Shown piece by piece: positions 43,330 through 44,475 of a stretch of 44,475 bases of DNA. The stretch's first letter is position 1; each line of letters begins with the position of its first letter. Made by a program: the position numbers and the translations under genes. Source of the stretch: Bacteroidota bacterium (GTDB lineage Bacteria > Bacteroidota > Bacteroidia > Bacteroidales > JAIFNC01); assembly GCA_020047935.1 (NCBI GenBank), contig JAIFNC010000057.1, positions 1 to 44,475 on the forward strand, read 5' to 3'. The notes under the pieces were generated by a model. It saw only the letters and a program-made list of their open reading frames with translations, had not been told where the DNA came from and made no database searches.

Positions 43330-43702
43330 ATTGCATATTTTTAAATTGTTTCGACAAAGATACGGCAATAAGGTTATACTGCAAAATTTATTATGTTAAA
43401 GTTTGTGATGCCAATTGTTAATGAGCCTTCTGTGAGTTCTACATGAAACCACAAACATGAAACATTTTTTTATCACCCCCAAATGGTTTAACACTTTTTA
43501 TCTCGACAAACTCACACACGGGCCCTTAACATTGTTAAAATATGCTAACGCAAATGCTAATTTAACTTTCCCGAAAATGCTAAAGTTTATTAATAATATG
43601 TAATTTATCGGTTTACCTATTGTAGATATGAAAAATACATACTATCTTTGTCGAAACAATTCCAAAAACAAGTAATAATAACAATTTAACAATTTTGTGA
43701 AA
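43330..43702. promoter_or_regulatory. Divergent promoter / strand-switch region
   Basis: Minus-strand -7 complement 43355-43362. Arms 43432-43440 and 43508-43522. TTAACATTGTTAA 43526-43538. AATGCTAA three times (43542-43583). Plus-strand TATCTTTG 43643-43650. Confidence 0.6.
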
Positions 43703-44242
43703 ATGAAAACAAAAATTAACAAAACAGTATCGGTATCAGAAATGGTAAACATTTTAATGACAGTTTCTAAACAACAGTTCGTATTTTGTGTTTATAACAC
43801 TGAATACAGAATGAACAAAACAAACAACCCTTATTACGGACGTGTAAGAAAAATAACTTACAACCGTTTTATCTTAGGGTTTGACTACGAAAATCGTGTT
43901 AATAATAACATGTATAAAGAAGACATTCAAGGTACTTTTGTTTCACAAAAACCGAGTGGACGTACACACGTTTCAAAGTGTGTTACTATTGATGACAAAA
44001 CAGGGTTAACTCATTATGTGAATTTAGAATACTTCAAAGAGAACAAATTAAAAACCGAAATTTTATTGGATGGTGAAATCATAACAAATGGTAATTTGTT
44101 GAATGATATTAAAACTTACAAAGTGAAATCATATCCGAATACAAACCAACCTCAAGAAAAAAAGGTCGAAATGATTACCCCAAAGGTCGAAAATTTGACT
44201 TTCTTATCAATGAATAACATAAGGTACACTATTGAAAAATAG
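43703..44242 (+). CDS. Hypothetical protein (179 aa from MKTKINK)
   Basis: The track ORF starts at GTG 43697; ATG 43703 is preferred. It has a plus-strand promoter upstream and a terminator downstream. Confidence 0.6.
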   Translation: MKTKINKTVSVSEMVNILMTVSKQQFVFCVYNTEYRMNKTNNPYYGRVRKITYNRFILGFDYENRVNNNMYKEDIQGTFVSQKPSGRTHVSKCVTIDDKTGLTHYVNLEYFKENKLKTEILLDGEIITNGNLLNDIKTYKVKSYPNTNQPQEKKVEMITPKVENLTFLSMNNIRYTIEK

Positions 44243-44262
44243 TGTCTTAAATCGAATTTAAA

Positions 44263-44287
44263 AGGGACTTTTTTAGTCCCTTTTTTT
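44263..44287 (+). terminator. Rho-independent terminator
   Basis: agggact / agtccct stem followed by T7. Confidence 0.75.
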
Positions 44288-44297
44288 GTGTGGTATT

Positions 44298-44377
44298 ATG
44301 TTAATTAACCACCTATGAGTTTTCTGCACAAAAATAATACCCAAATTTTATTTGTTAAAATGCTGTCAGTGAGTTTT
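44298..44377 (+). promoter_or_regulatory. Cassette motifs in plus orientation
   Basis: TGTTAATTAACCACCTATGAGTTTT and TGTTAAAATGCTGTCAGTGAGTTTT (44353-44377) follow the plus-strand terminator. The motif orientation therefore flips together with the direction of transcription. Confidence 0.45.
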
Positions 44378-44475
44378 CCCTTAGACGTTTTAAGATAGGA
44401 TAAATTCTTATAGTAGGGTAACACATTTATTTATATTAAATTGAATATACCCATCTTAAAATCATTATACACCCC

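Noticed and set aside
38712-43368. An apparently conserved N-terminal peptide in several track ORFs: MPYLCRNNLKICNM, MYYLCVNNLKIGNM, MKNSPYLCIKINRM.
   Set aside because: It is a translation of the conserved promoter and leader (…TATCTTTGT…AATTTAAAAATA…). The -7 box lies inside these extensions, so the internal ATGs are the real starts.
27119-43522. Reading the arm / variable-centre elements as integron attC sites or as MITEs.
   Set aside because: No integron integrase or transposase is associated with them. Every unit has its own promoter. The ends do not fit the GTTRRRY / RYYYAAC core sites. I saw no target-site duplications, and the elements always occupy the same slot between terminator and promoter. 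I keep the resemblance only as an analogy, because one-strand folding is also a property of attC.
1-44475. tRNA, rRNA or tmRNA genes.
   Set aside because: I saw no GGTTCGAAT-type T-arm, no cloverleaf-sized GC-rich segment and no rRNA-like stretch. This was a visual scan only, so tRNAscan-SE or Infernal should confirm it.

Overview
AT-rich sequence (about 70% A+T by eye) that looks like part of a large phage or other mobile element. Most of it is transcribed leftwards as dozens of short genes. Expression signals are Bacteroidota-like: -7 boxes TAnnTTTG, -33 TTTG/TTG 20 nt upstream, and A/T-rich leaders with no Shine-Dalgarno. All calls come from reading the sequence and from remembered family motifs; no searches were run.

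Four blocks:
(1) 1-4381: an IS607-type serine recombinase (tnpA) and a TnpB nuclease gene. TnpB is my own translation and runs off the left edge. The two are separated by a two-gene cargo, a GHKL/MORC-like ATPase and its partner.
(2) 4400-9100: small phage-like genes, including a Thg1-like 3'-5' nucleotidyltransferase and a mini-ORF carrying a T4 gp23-type capsid motif.
(3) 9130-19190: a defence island bounded by two copies of one promoter subfamily. It holds a compact CRISPR-Cas locus with no adaptation genes: cas7-like, cas5-like, cas6, a 9-repeat array, then HD-helicase cas3. This converges on an N6-adenine methyltransferase, a PD-(D/E)xK nuclease, an SF2 helicase and a small RHH-like ORF.
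(4) 19200-44475: a hyperplastic run of small ORFs. About 20 of them are separated by copies of a conserved 150-400 bp cassette. In the direction of transcription each cassette reads: hairpin terminator, a long imperfect hairpin whose arms flank a hypervariable centre, a TTTAACAnTGTTAAA palindrome at a fixed 44-nt offset, then the -33/-7 promoter. This block also contains an orphan C5 methyltransferase, a DUF932-like gene, an SPFH lipoprotein, an 11-bp x7 tandem repeat, a GC-rich ORF-poor island, and a strand switch near 43.3-43.7 kb.

I recognised no rRNA, tRNA or structural-gene cluster.
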